From assembly GCA_013416795.1 (NCBI GenBank), contig RQSC01000025.1, positions 1 to 64,000 on the forward strand: DNA of 64,000 bases, given 5' to 3'. The notes under the pieces were generated by a model, which saw only the letters and a program-made list of their open reading frames with translations, was not told the origin of the DNA and did no database searches. A program made the translations under genes and the position numbers. This DNA comes from Prasinococcaceae sp. CCMP 1430 (Eukaryota; Plantae; Prasinodermophyta). Below are positions 1-11,674 of this stretch, piece by piece. The first letter of the stretch is position 1. Every line of letters begins with the position of its first letter.

Positions 1-48
1 TTAGGGTTTAGGGTTTAGGGTTTAGGGTTTAGGGTTTAGGGTTTAGGG
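1..48 (+). repeat. Plant-type telomeric array (TTTAGGG)n, truncated by the window edge
   Basis: One partial plus six perfect TTTAGGG units at 1-48, followed directly by unique sequence. Confidence 0.97.
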
Positions 49-510
49 GGCGCACACGCCGTGTGGCCGCCGCAGCCGCCGGCCACCACCGTGCACACAT
101 GGACACATCCTCATCCACACTGTTTATGGTTACACCATCTAAACCGCAACCTCTTCCCCGCGTGTCGCGCCGCGGGTTGGTACTACTTCTGACGTTCTGT
201 CGAAGCGGGTTGTAAACCCTCATTTCGGCGGCTGCGCCATTTCGCCGTTTACCAATTCGATGCGCATTTCGCCGCGGTTTTAGGTTGGCGCGCTCTTGTC
301 AGAGCGCGCTTTCGCAGCGGCGGCCCGGCCGGCGGCTGGGTGTGCGCGCGCGTGCGCACCAGCACCAGGCGGCACCGCCGGTGCCAGGTGCCACACGGCG
401 CGCAGGGCGCGCGGCCGTGAGAGGGGGGAGGAAAGGTCGAGGGGGGGAGAGAGAGAGAGAGAGAAGGGGGCGGAGGAGGCCTTAGGCCGCGCCGGCTCCG
501 CTCGCCAGCC

Positions 511-2508
511 ATGCCGAAGCGCAAGAGGTTCGGCAACGATGGCGGCGCGGGGGCGCCGCCGAAGAACTCGTCGACGGCCAAGGGGCGCTCGAACGACGCG
601 TCGGCCAACACGCAGGGCCGCACGGCGGCGACAGCGCGCCGGCTGAAGATGTACAACTCGCGCGCGAAGCGCGACAAGAACGGACGCCTCATTTCGCAGG
701 AGCTGCAGTCGAAGGAGCTTCCCAGCACGCGCATCGTTCCCGACCGCCGCTGGTTCGGCAACACGCGCACCGTCGGACAGGCGCAGCTCGAGCGCTTCCG
801 GGAGGAGGTCGGCGCCAAGGTGGATGACCCGTATTCGGTGCTGCTGAAGGAGCGCAAGTTGCCGCTTGGGCTCCTCAACGACAAGGCAAAGCACAAGCGC
901 GTGCACCTGGTCGACACCGAGCCGTTTGAGAGCGTCTTCGGCAAAGGCGCCACACGCAAGCGCCCGAAGCTCGCGATGGGCGACTACGAGGCGCTCGCGG
1001 ACGCTGCGTCCAAGGCGGCTGGGGGTGGCGCTGTCGGCGGCGTGAACATCGTCGGCGAGAGGTGGGTTAACCCCAGCGTTGATGCGGCGCTCGCCAAGGC
1101 CGAGGAGGGCCACGGTCGTTACTACCGCGCAAAGATGTTCGACAAGGGGCAGTCCGGCCGCATCTGGGGCGAGCTGTACAAGGTGATCGACTCAAGCGAT
1201 GTGGTGATTCAGGTGATCGACGCGCGCGACCCCGAGGGCACGCGGTGCCGCCACCTGGAGGCGCACCTGCAGAAGGAGCACAAGCACAAGCACCTCATCC
1301 TGCTGCTCAACAAATGTGACCTTGTGCCCGCATGGGTCGCGCGCCGCTGGCTCGCCGCGCTGAGCAAGGAGTACCCCACGCTCGCCTTCCACGCGAGCAG
1401 CGGCCGGCCGTTTGGCAAGGGCGCGCTGCTAGGCCTGCTGCGCCAGCTGGCGCGGCTCAAGAGCGACAAGCAGAGCATCAGCGTTGGCATGGTGGGCTAC
1501 CCCAACGTGGGAAAGTCCAGTGTGATCAACACGCTGCGTGACAAGAAGGTGTGCCCCACCGCGCCCGTGCCAGGCGAGACCAAGGTTTGGCGCTACGTGT
1601 CGCTTATGCGCCGCATAAACCTCATCGACTGCCCCGGCGTGGTGTACGACAAGGAGTCCAACTCGGAGGGCGAGTCGGTCCTGAAGGGCGTCACGCGCAT
1701 CGACAGGCTCGAGGACGCCACCGAGTACGTGCCGCTGATGCTCACGCGCGTCAAGCGTCAGTACATACAGAAGGCGTACAAGCTCAAGAGCTGGCTGGAC
1801 GCGGAGGACTTCCTCGCGCAGGTCGCGCAGAACAGCGGCAAGATGCTCCCGGGCGGTGAAGCGGACCTCAATACCGCCGCGCGCATGGTCCTCACCGACT
1901 GGCAGCGCGGCCGCTTGCCGTATTTCACGCCACCGCCGGCGGCCCCCGAGGGCGACGATGCCAAGCCGCCGCCGCTCATCGCCTCCAAGGGGCGCACCAT
2001 CAACAGCGCGCCCGCCGAGGAGGAGGAGGATGCGCCCGAAGGTAAGGGCAAGGGCAAAAGCAAGGACGACCTTGAGGTGGCGCCCATGCCCGAGATCAAC
2101 CAACCGTTGGGCAAGTTGCGCCCGGTGGAGGGTTTCTTCGATGACGAAGATGAGCGCGCCGACCTCGACGGGAGCGCAGACGAGGATGCCTCCGAGGGGG
2201 GCGGCGAGGATGACGAGGGCGCAGAGGGCAGCGGGAGCGAAGAGGATGGGGATGACGACGACGACGACGACAATTGGGACGCGCTCATGCAGTCAGTGGG
2301 CGTGCGCAAGGTCGCCAAGGACGCGACGAAGGCGGAGGTGAAGGCGGCCAAGGCCGCGAAGCTCGATGGCTTCGACGGCGAGGGCAAGACGGGGCTGGAA
2401 GCTTACGATGATTACTCGGACGGCGAGGAGCGCGAGCGCGAGGACAAGAGGGCGGCCAAGCGTGAGCGCCGCATGAAGAAGCGGCGCAGACAGGGCCTGC
2501 TCAACTAA
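511..2508 (+). CDS. NUG2: Nucleolar GTP-binding protein 2 (Nug2/GNL2), single exon
   Basis: NGP1NT-type N-terminus (RIVPDRRWFGNTR), ELYKVIDSSDVVIQVIDARDP, G1 GYPNVGKSS, G3 LIDCPG, acidic C-terminal tail. Confidence 0.96.
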   Translation: MPKRKRFGNDGGAGAPPKNSSTAKGRSNDASANTQGRTAATARRLKMYNSRAKRDKNGRLISQELQSKELPSTRIVPDRRWFGNTRTVGQAQLERFREEVGAKVDDPYSVLLKERKLPLGLLNDKAKHKRVHLVDTEPFESVFGKGATRKRPKLAMGDYEALADAASKAAGGGAVGGVNIVGERWVNPSVDAALAKAEEGHGRYYRAKMFDKGQSGRIWGELYKVIDSSDVVIQVIDARDPEGTRCRHLEAHLQKEHKHKHLILLLNKCDLVPAWVARRWLAALSKEYPTLAFHASSGRPFGKGALLGLLRQLARLKSDKQSISVGMVGYPNVGKSSVINTLRDKKVCPTAPVPGETKVWRYVSLMRRINLIDCPGVVYDKESNSEGESVLKGVTRIDRLEDATEYVPLMLTRVKRQYIQKAYKLKSWLDAEDFLAQVAQNSGKMLPGGEADLNTAARMVLTDWQRGRLPYFTPPPAAPEGDDAKPPPLIASKGRTINSAPAEEEEDAPEGKGKGKSKDDLEVAPMPEINQPLGKLRPVEGFFDDEDERADLDGSADEDASEGGGEDDEGAEGSGSEEDGDDDDDDDNWDALMQSVGVRKVAKDATKAEVKAAKAAKLDGFDGEGKTGLEAYDDYSDGEEREREDKRAAKRERRMKKRRRQGLLN

Positions 2509-2667
2509 TCACGTCCGAAGGTGGGCCCCGGGCAATTTGTAATTTAGTACCATTACGCGCGACGATGTCTTCGCCTGTGAGCTCGGCAAGAAGCGCCGCT
2601 CGCAGATGGTGCACCGACCGCGGTCGAGCCCCTGCTTCGGCAGCTGGGCGTCTTTCTGCACCCGCTG

Positions 2668-5059
2668 CTATTGTCCCTCTTGCTGCTGCGAGAGCTCCTC
2701 CCCCAGCTGCTTATGCTGCTCTGCCTGCCGTTGCTGCCCCACCTCATTGTCCAAAACGCATGCATTGCCGTTGCTCAGCACTGTGTTGGTGACGGCCGCC
2801 GCATCCTCGTCCCCCCTGCTCCCATCCTCCCCGACTTTCCCTGCGGCACCGTGGCCACCCGCTGCGACTCTAGCCAGCGCTGCCGCCTCGTCCGGGGTGT
2901 GCTCGCGGTCGGTGAATTCCACCCCCCCTTCTGCTAGGTGGATGGACTCCTCTTCACCCTCAGAGAACTTGACAACCATGGTGCCCGTGTCGACGTCACA
3001 TATAGCGACGACGCCATTGTACAAGGCACCGCCGTCGTACGTGACGGCGACGGGGCGGCCGGCGAACAGACCGGAGGCGCTGGCGACTTTGGGGCGCTTC
3101 GCCTTCGCCGCTACCTGCGACCCTTGGCAGGACGTGCGCCTTTTCTTTCCATTCCCCTTGCCTTTGCCACCCTTGCCGCCCCTGCCACCCTTGTCCTTGC
3201 AGCCCTTGCCCTTGCCCTTGCCCTTGCCCATTTCACGAGGGTCAGTGAGAGCGCGCGCGGCGTCAAGCGCGCCGCGGCAGCTCGGGGCGCCGCAGATGCA
3301 CACGAAGCTAGTCGCACTTGCATCGGTGCCGAAATGCTGGAAGCAGTAGTCGTATATGAGCTCCTCTCCTTCCTTCACGTCGCGCTTGGTGAAGATACCG
3401 ATGCGCGCCTCGCCCGTGGCGGGATCAGTCCAGCGCTCCGTCTCGCAGTTCGGCTCGCATCCCGAGTTGAGCAGCCGGCTGAAGTTGCCGCGATGGCGCG
3501 CGTCAATGGTGCGTGCGTCATCGATTTGCATCATGTAAAAGTTGTCTTCTCCCGTGTGTTTGGCCTCCCACAGGCGCGCCTCCACGTCAGCTTCGCCAAT
3601 TAGCTCCCCAATGTACTCCACCACGAATGTGCCCGCGGGGATGGCGGCCGCCGCCTTCACGCCCCACCCGCGCCCCTCGGTCGCGAAGACCTTCACAGGC
3701 GGCGACTTGAGCTTGTGGAAAGGCTTGTTAGTGCAGGCTTCGCCGCATGGGCAAAGCGTCGGGTGGCAGAACGTCTTGGTCTGCCGGTTGAGACACTGCT
3801 CCAGACAGGACGGCCCGCCGTTGGGAGCTGGCTTGCAATTGCACACCTGCACGTCGGCTTTTGGTACCGGCCGGCACCTCGGTGCGCTCACCCAGGTGCT
3901 GCGGGACAGCTTGCCATACTTGGGTCCCGTGATATCCATGACCTCGGTCGGGCACATGAAGTCGCTAAAGATGTCAAAGGGCTCCCCCACTCCGGGCGCA
4001 TATCGCCACGACCTTTTGCCATCCGCGTCCTCGATGTTCTCGCGGCGCCTTCGCGGCTTGGCAGTGAGCCACGTAGACGAGACCGGGGGCAGCAGACCCA
4101 GCTTGGGTTGCGGCGGCGGGGCCGGCTTCGGCGGCGGCCCCTTGGCTTTACCCTTCTGCTTCTGCGCCTTCTTGGTTTTGGCTGCCTTCTCCTTCTTAAC
4201 CTTGATCGGCTTGGGCTTCACCGGCGATGGCGGTGGCGTGTCAGGGCGTGGCCTGCACCACCAGAACTTCGACAGTTCGTCGCGCTCGAGGAGCGCCCAC
4301 GCAACCTGCAGCGCGGTTGGCACGCCGCGCTTTTTCTTGTCGAAGCCCTTGTCGAGGCCGACGCTGAATGGCACCAACGCGCTGGCTGCGATCCAGTCGA
4401 ACTGTTCCTCGCCGAAATACTGCACCAGCGTGTCCGCCTTGGGCTTCTTCACCTTCCTTGCAATCACGGGCTCGAGGTCGACGTTATTGAACTCCTCGCA
4501 CTTCTCCACATCCACGACTTGCACGGGCCAGAAAGGGTACCCCTTTGGCTTGTACCAAAACACTTTGAGCGACTCCGCGCGGCCTCGGGCTGCGGCGCGT
4601 GCCGCGTTGGCGTCAGCCTCGGTGGTCAGCGCCACCAACTCGGCGTTCGCGCCGGCGCCCGTGATGTCAGGTTTCCTCTCTTCCACTTCGAATTGCGCCA
4701 AGTTGCGCGCGGCGGCGGCATCCTGAGCGGCCCCTGCGCCAACAGGAAGTTGTTCGGCAGCAGCTGCGTTGCCACCGGTCACCGCCCCCACCGCGGCCGC
4801 GTCGCACGCCACGCTGGCGTGATCGGCGTTCGGTTCCCCCACGAGTGCCGACGCAGGTGCGCCCGCAGGTGCGCCCGCGCGCGCGGGCGCACCCTCGGCC
4901 GCGGCGGCGCTGCTATCGCAGGCCACCTCGCCACCGGCGGGGGCAGCGGAGCTGTGGGCGCCGCTCCCCCACCCTGTCGCCTCGCGGCCGTCGCCCCCCG
5001 GCCCGGACTCGCGCCCGCGGCGTGTGCGTGCGCTCAGGCTCCCCCACGGGCGACTCCAT
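2668..5059 (-). CDS. PWWP-AWS-SET-postSET histone lysine methyltransferase (ASHH/NSD-like) with C-terminal Tudor-like domain; start uncertain
   Basis: KPKGYPFWP (PWWP); CNC...CLNR...C...CPC...CTN (AWS); GRGWG...EYIGE, RLLNSGCEPNC, ELIYDY (SET); CICGAPSCRG (post-SET). Nearest ATG (5059) is not in the main frame. Confidence 0.9.
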
Positions 5060-5879
5060 CCGCAGATCAGAACGCATCCGCCAACCCCGACCCCAACCCG
5101 CAACCGCCCCCGCCCGATTCGCGCCCGCCCGCGCGGCGCGAAACGCATTCGAATCCGATGGCGCTTTCGTCGCGCGCGCGATCGCGCCGCGCGCGAGGCC
5201 GGGGGGGGGGGCCGAACTGGACGGGGAATCGGACCCCTGAATGCAATTCGCAATTTCCATATGTAGATCGGCGAGAGGCTCCCGAAACGCCCCTCGGCGG
5301 TGGCTGGTTCGCAGCGAGCTGGATGTAGTCGCCGCCCAAAAAGTGACACACCTCACATTTTGACCCGGACACTATTAATGCCCTAAAAACGCCTTCGAAT
5401 CCTCTCCCGGCGTGCAATTCCATCCTGTCGGCCTTTCCTCATCACAGATTCGGAAGAGAGAAAGAAACAAAGAAAGGAAGAAGGAAAGGGATCCGGCAGG
5501 GGGGCAAAACCCGAACCGACGGGGGGGACCGAAGACCGCCCCGGCGCGGGCCTCTGCGGATTCAAAGGCGCCAGAGCGCGCGCGCGCTGGCGCGCTGCGG
5601 GCGGGCCGGAGGGCGGTCGGGTGGGGCGGCGGTGGGGGACTCGGCGGAGACGGCGGCGCGGCGGCGGCCGCGGAGGGTGAGGGGCTCGCCGGGGAGCCGT
5701 CGCTCGCCGAGCTGCTCTTCGCCTCCGACGAGGTCGCGGCCGCGCTGGGGGCGACGCGCAATGCGACCGCGCTCTGGACCAAGGCGCTCGCCCCGGTTGC
5801 CGCTCGGCTTGCGCGCCACGCGGCCACGGGAGCGGCCGGCGCCACGCGCTACGCGGCCGCCTGGTGGGCGCACGCGAGC

Positions 5880-7583
5880 ATGCGCGAACGCCTGGCGGCC
5901 GCGGGCGCCTTGGTGCTGCTCGCGGCGCTCGTCTACCTCAACCGGCTCTTCGCGCGCCGCCGCTACCTCTCCCGTCTGCGCGCAGCGTGCGCGGCGCGAT
6001 GGCAGCGCGCCTCGCGCGGCCTCGGCAGGCGTGGCAGGGCGGCCGCCGCGCTGTTACCGCACCTGCTGTTTGCCGCCTGCGCGTGGGCACTGTGGGTGCC
6101 CGCGGGCGACCTCGCCGCGGGCCGACCCGCACTTGCGGCGCTCGTGACGGTCGCAGTTCCGACAGTGGCTGCCATCCGCGCCGAGCGACGGCATGGGGCG
6201 GTGGCAGCAGCGTCGCGCCGCCGTGCGCTCGAATTGGTGGTGGCATTCGCTTCGCTGCATGCCGTCCAACGCGCGCCACTCGTGGGGGCACTCGCGCGCG
6301 CTCTGATTGCGCGCTTTCCGCAAACGCTCCTTCTATTCGCTCTGTGGGCCATCCTGCCCCTGGCCGACGGCGCGGCCGCCACTGCTGCTGCCCTCACATC
6401 GCTCGCGAACGCCAATCCGGCCACGGCCGTCCTTGGGCGAGGCGGGCGTCCGGCCTCGATGCTCGAGCGCTCGCTCACGCGCATGTTGTCGACTCCGATT
6501 GACGTGCTCATGCTCCTGGGCGTCGTGCGGCGTGGCACCAAGGAACGAGCGCTCGCCGTGCTCACCGACCGTGGAAATGCGTCTCTGATGGCGCTCCCGG
6601 CGCTCATGACACCGGCGATGATCGTGCGGCCTGCCGCCCTGTTCGCGGGCGTCGTGCTGCCGCTGCACGCGACGCTGGCGGCGCTGACCACCGAGCGCGC
6701 CTTCTCCAACCGCGGCGGCGAGTACGCCGCGCTCGCCGCTGAGGAGAGCCGCCACTGGCTGCGCTACTGGGTAGTGCTCGCAGGCGCGCTCTCGTTCAAA
6801 CTGTTCGCCGAAGAATGGGGTGCGTTGTACATGCCTCTGTGGGAGCACGCCAACCTGCTGCTGCTCATGTGGTTGCAGCTTCCGTATTTCCACGGAGCGG
6901 ATAGGCTGTACCTTCACAGCGGCACCAGTATGACCGCCTTTGGGGCACGCGCGCGTGATCGGGTTGGCGAGCTGCGTCGCGAGGCGGCGCGCGCCAGAGA
7001 GGAGCAGCAAAGGCGCCAGCTGGAAGAGCAGGCACGTGCACAACGCGATGAGCGCGCGCGCCTGGAACGCGACGCGCACCAGCGACAGCTGCGCGAGCGA
7101 GAGACGCAGCGCACGCTGCAGCGCCAGCGTGAGGTCGCAGAGCGGAATACCCGACGTGCATCTGGGCCATCGCCCACCACTGAAGCCCGCCGCACCTCCG
7201 CTGTCCCGACTGACTCGGAGCTGCTGGAGGCCTACGAGGCGGCGATGGAAGAGCACCAGCTGGAAGGCTGGCAGAGATCTCAGCGAGGCAGCCAGCACTC
7301 GCCTCAGGAGTGGGCCATCGGAGGCGCGTCGGGCCGCCGCGCAATGAACGGCTCCTCGCGTGGCGGCCGGCACCGATTGCAGCAGCAGGACCCTCCGCGC
7401 GAGGGAGGCCAAACCCAGGTCTCGCCCCCACTTTCGCCAACGCCGCTGAGCCCAGCGGGTACAGACGTGGACGAGCCTGCCGAGCATGCGGGGTACGCCG
7501 ATGGCGCCGGCCGAAGCCCTACCGCAGACACTGGCTCGATTCGGCGCAGGCGCAAGTTGCCGGGGCGCCGAGGCGGGCGGTGA
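5880..7583 (+). CDS. Multi-pass membrane protein with TB2/DP1/HVA22-like domain, coiled coil and disordered tail; coding frame probably extends upstream of the first in-frame ATG
   Basis: Several hydrophobic segments; WLRYWVVL...LLLLMWLQLPYFHGADRLY matches the HVA22/REEP pattern; E/Q/R-rich coiled coil. Confidence 0.65.
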   Translation: MRERLAAAGALVLLAALVYLNRLFARRRYLSRLRAACAARWQRASRGLGRRGRAAAALLPHLLFAACAWALWVPAGDLAAGRPALAALVTVAVPTVAAIRAERRHGAVAAASRRRALELVVAFASLHAVQRAPLVGALARALIARFPQTLLLFALWAILPLADGAAATAAALTSLANANPATAVLGRGGRPASMLERSLTRMLSTPIDVLMLLGVVRRGTKERALAVLTDRGNASLMALPALMTPAMIVRPAALFAGVVLPLHATLAALTTERAFSNRGGEYAALAAEESRHWLRYWVVLAGALSFKLFAEEWGALYMPLWEHANLLLLMWLQLPYFHGADRLYLHSGTSMTAFGARARDRVGELRREAARAREEQQRRQLEEQARAQRDERARLERDAHQRQLRERETQRTLQRQREVAERNTRRASGPSPTTEARRTSAVPTDSELLEAYEAAMEEHQLEGWQRSQRGSQHSPQEWAIGGASGRRAMNGSSRGGRHRLQQQDPPREGGQTQVSPPLSPTPLSPAGTDVDEPAEHAGYADGAGRSPTADTGSIRRRRKLPGRRGGR

Positions 7584-7826
7584 TAATTCAACGAGGAACG
7601 ATGTCGCCAGGTACCAGCTCTGTCTCTTCAGAGAGCCAGTCGGACGTGGGGCCTGTGGCTTGGACCGACTGCTCCGTGCGCGCTGTGCCATACGCACCGC
7701 GCCCAGCGCGCGCGTGTGCGCCGCTGTAGTGGCCTGAGAGCGCATATTACTGCTGTGATTATCCTGCGCTGTCCGATGCAATTTTGAGCGGAAGTTACGG
7801 TCCGACGCGCGCGCGCGCAACGGTCA

Positions 7827-9389
7827 TCAGGCGCGCGCCTGCTCCATGGCATAGCGCTGCGCCTTGGCCGTCGCGATAGGCAGGCTCGACCTGGCCGCAG
7901 CATTCTTGGGGTCGAGGTCGAGCGTCTTGGAGAATGCGCGCGCCGCGTCGGCGTAAAGCGAGCCGTCCTCCTTGGCCAGTTCCATTAGCGCCATGCCCTC
8001 CCTGAAGTGTGCCTTCACATAGTCAGGTGCCATCCCCTGACATGTCTTGCAGTCGGCGAGTGCTTTTCTGAATTCGCGCATCTGCAGGAAGCACGCGGCG
8101 CGGTTGGCGTACACCACGTGCAGCGAGCCGTCCAACTCGATTGCCTCGGTGTACAGCACTGCTGCCTGGGTGAACTCCTTGGCCTTGAATGCTTCATTCC
8201 CCAATGCCTTTCGGTGCTCGGCACGCGCGGTTGGGCCGACGCCCATGCTCCCCCCCCCGCTTGCCGCCGCCGCCGCCGCCGTTGCGCGCAGCTCCGCCCT
8301 CTGCTCGTCCGTGAGCTCCGAGCCGCTCTCCTCTGCCGCACGCAGCGCCGCAGCTGCCACGTCCCGTGCGCGCTGCTTGTCGGCAACAGCGGCAGCCTGC
8401 TCGCTCTCTGTCGTTGGGAAGTCGTTCGCAAGCCGCAGAAGGCGCTCCGTGCACACGCTGGGCTCGCCTTCGCACTCGGCGACGAGCCTGCTCACGAACT
8501 GGTCAGTGGTATCGTTGGCACCGGGGAAGCGCTCCACCAGCTGCTCGTAGCTGTCAGTCATCCGCACGCCAGGCTTGTCTGCGAACGTCACGCACAGGCC
8601 GCGCACGCCCGCCTGGACTATGCTGCCACACATGTCGGCGCACTCGAACTCCAGGCCGACGTCGCGGCTAAGGTCGAGCTGCACTGTCTTCAGGCGGGCC
8701 TCGCCGGACGCCAGCACACGCGTGCGCGCGCACTTCCACAGCTCGAGCGTCTCAGTCTTGACGCCACATGCGAGCGCAATAGCCACGTTCTCGCATCCCT
8801 CCACGAGCACCTTCACAAGCATGCTCACGTCTGCGGCGACCTCAAAGCGCACGCCAGAGCATCCCTTGATGTGGAGAACGGGTAGCGTGGGCAGTTCTGC
8901 AGCGGTGATGACCACCGTCGAGCCGGACTCCCCGCTCACATTCTCGATCAAATGCGTGTTGGCGTTCGACTTGAGGCCCGAGCCATCGCCTGCGGCACGC
9001 GTGGCACGTAAGGTGTACAGCGCGGCGTCCGAGTGTCGATCGGATCGCGTACGCCGTGAATGCAGATGGGGTGACGCGGCGTGCAGCGTCAGCGCCAGCA
9101 TGTGCGCGGGCGGGGCGCCGCGAGCGGTACTAAGCACCCCCCTGTGGAGCCAAACTCGCGTGCGCACCCCTCCGCGGGCAGGCGCTGCCTACATGCCGCC
9201 GCTCGCCCCACCGTCCGGGCCCACCCGGCGCCGCTCCGCGCGCACCCAACGGCGCAGCCACCTTCGCGCCGCATCCGCATCCGCGCCTGGCCGCAGCTGC
9301 GCACCGTCCTCGAAGATGCGCTTCTTCGCCTCGGCGAGCAGCTCGTGCCGCGGCCTGTCCTGCGCCTCCGCGTCCGCCGGCCCAGCCAT
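7827..9389 (-). CDS. C-CAP/cofactor-C-like beta-helix plus TPR repeats; intron 8990-9304
   Basis: Exon 1 MAGPADAE...IFEDG (donor G|GTGCGC) joins GDGSG in phase 1; xKxC-type beta-helix repeats, DQFVSR...TERLLR...FPTTE; TPRs (LGNEAFK, YANRAAC, AHFREG). Confidence 0.8.
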
Positions 9390-9672
9390 CGCGCCGCCGC
9401 CGCGGTGCCGCCGCGTCAGCCGATGCCCACACCGTCACCGTCCGTACCGCTGTGCCCGCCCCACCCCCGCCCACGCCGCCGCGCGTGCCAGCGCCAGCGC
9501 CGGCGAACACCCTGACCCACGGGCGACTCGTTTCGATGTTCTGAGGCGCCGCAAGCGACGCGCCAGTGTGCGCACCTGGCGCACCTACGCCCCGTCACCC
9601 AGGCGCTGCCCCCCCCCCCCTCCCCCCCAGCATCAAAGGCGCGGTGGCCGTGGCGGTGGCTCGGCGCCAGCG

Positions 9673-11424
9673 ATGGCGCGCGGACGCGCGCGCGCAGCGG
9701 CGGCGGTGGCGCCTGCAGCGTTTGCGTTGGCTGCAGCGGCGTGTGTGCTGTGTCCTGCCCGCGTTGGCGCGGCGCGCGTGGGGGCACCTCGACTGGTGGC
9801 CGCGGTCGCAGAGGCGGCGCGCTTCGATCCAGCCGCGCCCCCAGTTCGTACGCGGGTCGAGTCGCTTCCAGGCGTCGGCTCGCTCGCTGCTGCTGGCCTC
9901 GTCATCGACACAGGATACCTCAACGCTGGAGCTGCGCCTGACGCGAGCAAAGGCACCATGTTTTTTCACTACTGGTGCGCAGCCTCTGCAGAGGTGGCAG
10001 CCGACGCATCGAGCCCCGTGATGCTGTGGTACAACGGCGGGCCCGGAGCGTCCTCGCTCTTTGGCATGCTCCAGGAGTTCGGCCCGCTGCTGCTGACTGC
10101 CGAGTCCTACGACGACGCGCACTCGAAGACGGGCGTGCCAACTCCGCAGGCGAATCCGTATGCGTGGACGCGCTTCGCCACAGTGTGCGCCATCGACTCG
10201 CCACCGCCGATGGGCCTAAGCTACTGCACCGCTGAGGGCCCCTCCGCGGGCCCGCGCTCGTGCGGTGCGTGGCGCGACTCCTCCGTCGCTGCAGCGAACC
10301 GCGCGGCGTACGGCGCGCTCGTGCGCGACGCCTTTCCCGAGTGGACCAAGGCCACCCCGCTGGGCAAGCCCACCTTCGTGGTCGGCGAGTCGTACGCGGG
10401 TATTTATGTTCCCACGTTCGTCTCCAAGCTAATGGACAGCCCTGTCGATGGCCTTGCTCTGCAAGGCTTCGCCGTTGGTGACGGCATGACCGGCTGTTCG
10501 CCATCAGATGGAAAGCCTCCCGACTACTGTGTCAACTTGACCAACGTAGGCCTCTTCGCCTATCCGAACTCTCTGCCCGGTCCCCGTTACGATGTCGAAT
10601 TCTTCCACGGCCACTCGCAGTTCAGCGAGCGCACATACCGAGACATCCTGAACGCCTGCACAGACGCTGAGCTCGATGGCGAAGACCTGCCGCTGTCGGT
10701 CGAGTGCGCGGCCGCCGTCGCTCGCATGTCGGAGGAAGTGGGGAGCTTCTACCCATATCAGCTGCTGCAGGCGTGCCCATCGCCCAAAGCCGTGGGCGCC
10801 GCACACGTTGACCGCCACGGCGCCAATATGGCGCTGCGTGTGCGCAAGCTGCAGCGCACTACAGCTGGCGCTAGGGCCGCTCACGCCGCGCGCGTGAGCC
10901 CCGGCGACGGCGACGGTGGGGTCGGCTCGCCCTGCCTCGCAGACGCCATGCCCGACTGGCTGTTGCTAGAAAAGACGCTAGCGGCCATCGGCGCCCCGGC
11001 GAATAGCTCCTTCAACAATGTCGACAATGGCATTGGTTTCGACTACACCACTGACCAGACCTTCGTGGGGCCCATTTATAAGCGGGCGCTCGCCAAGGGA
11101 CTGCGCGTGCTCGTGTACGAGGGTGACAGCGACGCGTGCGGTCTGGAAACGGCTCCCAATGAGGACACCTTCGTCAAGTATTTCGACGAAATCGGCCTGC
11201 AGCAGACGCGTCCGTGGCGGCCGTGGCGCACGCTGGACGGCGTGGCACAGGCTGGGTACTCGATGGGCTGGTCGAACGATCAGGCTTTGTTCGCAAGCAT
11301 CCGTGGGGCTGGGCATTTGGTGCCGTTGGACAGGCCCGCGGCGGCCTACGCGCTCATGAGCGGGTTCATCCTGAACAAGCAGGGGGTCGGCGCGACGGCC
11401 ACCGGTCCTGCTGAGCTTCGCTGA
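9673..11424 (+). CDS. Secreted serine carboxypeptidase, peptidase S10 family
   Basis: Signal-like N-terminus; LWYNGGPGASS, GESYAG (catalytic Ser), LVYEGDSD, IRGAGHLVP (catalytic His). Confidence 0.92.
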   Translation: MARGRARAAAAVAPAAFALAAAACVLCPARVGAARVGAPRLVAAVAEAARFDPAAPPVRTRVESLPGVGSLAAAGLVIDTGYLNAGAAPDASKGTMFFHYWCAASAEVAADASSPVMLWYNGGPGASSLFGMLQEFGPLLLTAESYDDAHSKTGVPTPQANPYAWTRFATVCAIDSPPPMGLSYCTAEGPSAGPRSCGAWRDSSVAAANRAAYGALVRDAFPEWTKATPLGKPTFVVGESYAGIYVPTFVSKLMDSPVDGLALQGFAVGDGMTGCSPSDGKPPDYCVNLTNVGLFAYPNSLPGPRYDVEFFHGHSQFSERTYRDILNACTDAELDGEDLPLSVECAAAVARMSEEVGSFYPYQLLQACPSPKAVGAAHVDRHGANMALRVRKLQRTTAGARAAHAARVSPGDGDGGVGSPCLADAMPDWLLLEKTLAAIGAPANSSFNNVDNGIGFDYTTDQTFVGPIYKRALAKGLRVLVYEGDSDACGLETAPNEDTFVKYFDEIGLQQTRPWRPWRTLDGVAQAGYSMGWSNDQALFASIRGAGHLVPLDRPAAAYALMSGFILNKQGVGATATGPAELR

Positions 11425-11674
11425 CCGGCAAGGCGTACTTCTCGCATCTTTCGGGCCCGCCAGGTCTTCGCTGCCGCTCGGGTGTGCGCGCTCGTCGCCA
11501 TCACGAAAGGCGCGCACAGCGGACGGCCAAACGTAATAATCAAAGCACCTATTCAACGACCCGAGTGGCGGCCTTCCTGCAAAGTGGGCCGGGCGCGCTG
11601 GACTCGCTACGCGGCGATGAGCAACGCCGCTCCTCTGTGCTGAAGTGATTACGCGGTAGTGGATCGGTCCATCA

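Noticed and set aside
3470-3490. SET motif RLLNSGC instead of RFINHSC as a sign of inactivity
   Set aside because: The other SET, AWS and post-SET motifs are intact and NS variants occur in plant/algal ASHH-type proteins, so this is not enough to call a pseudo-enzyme.
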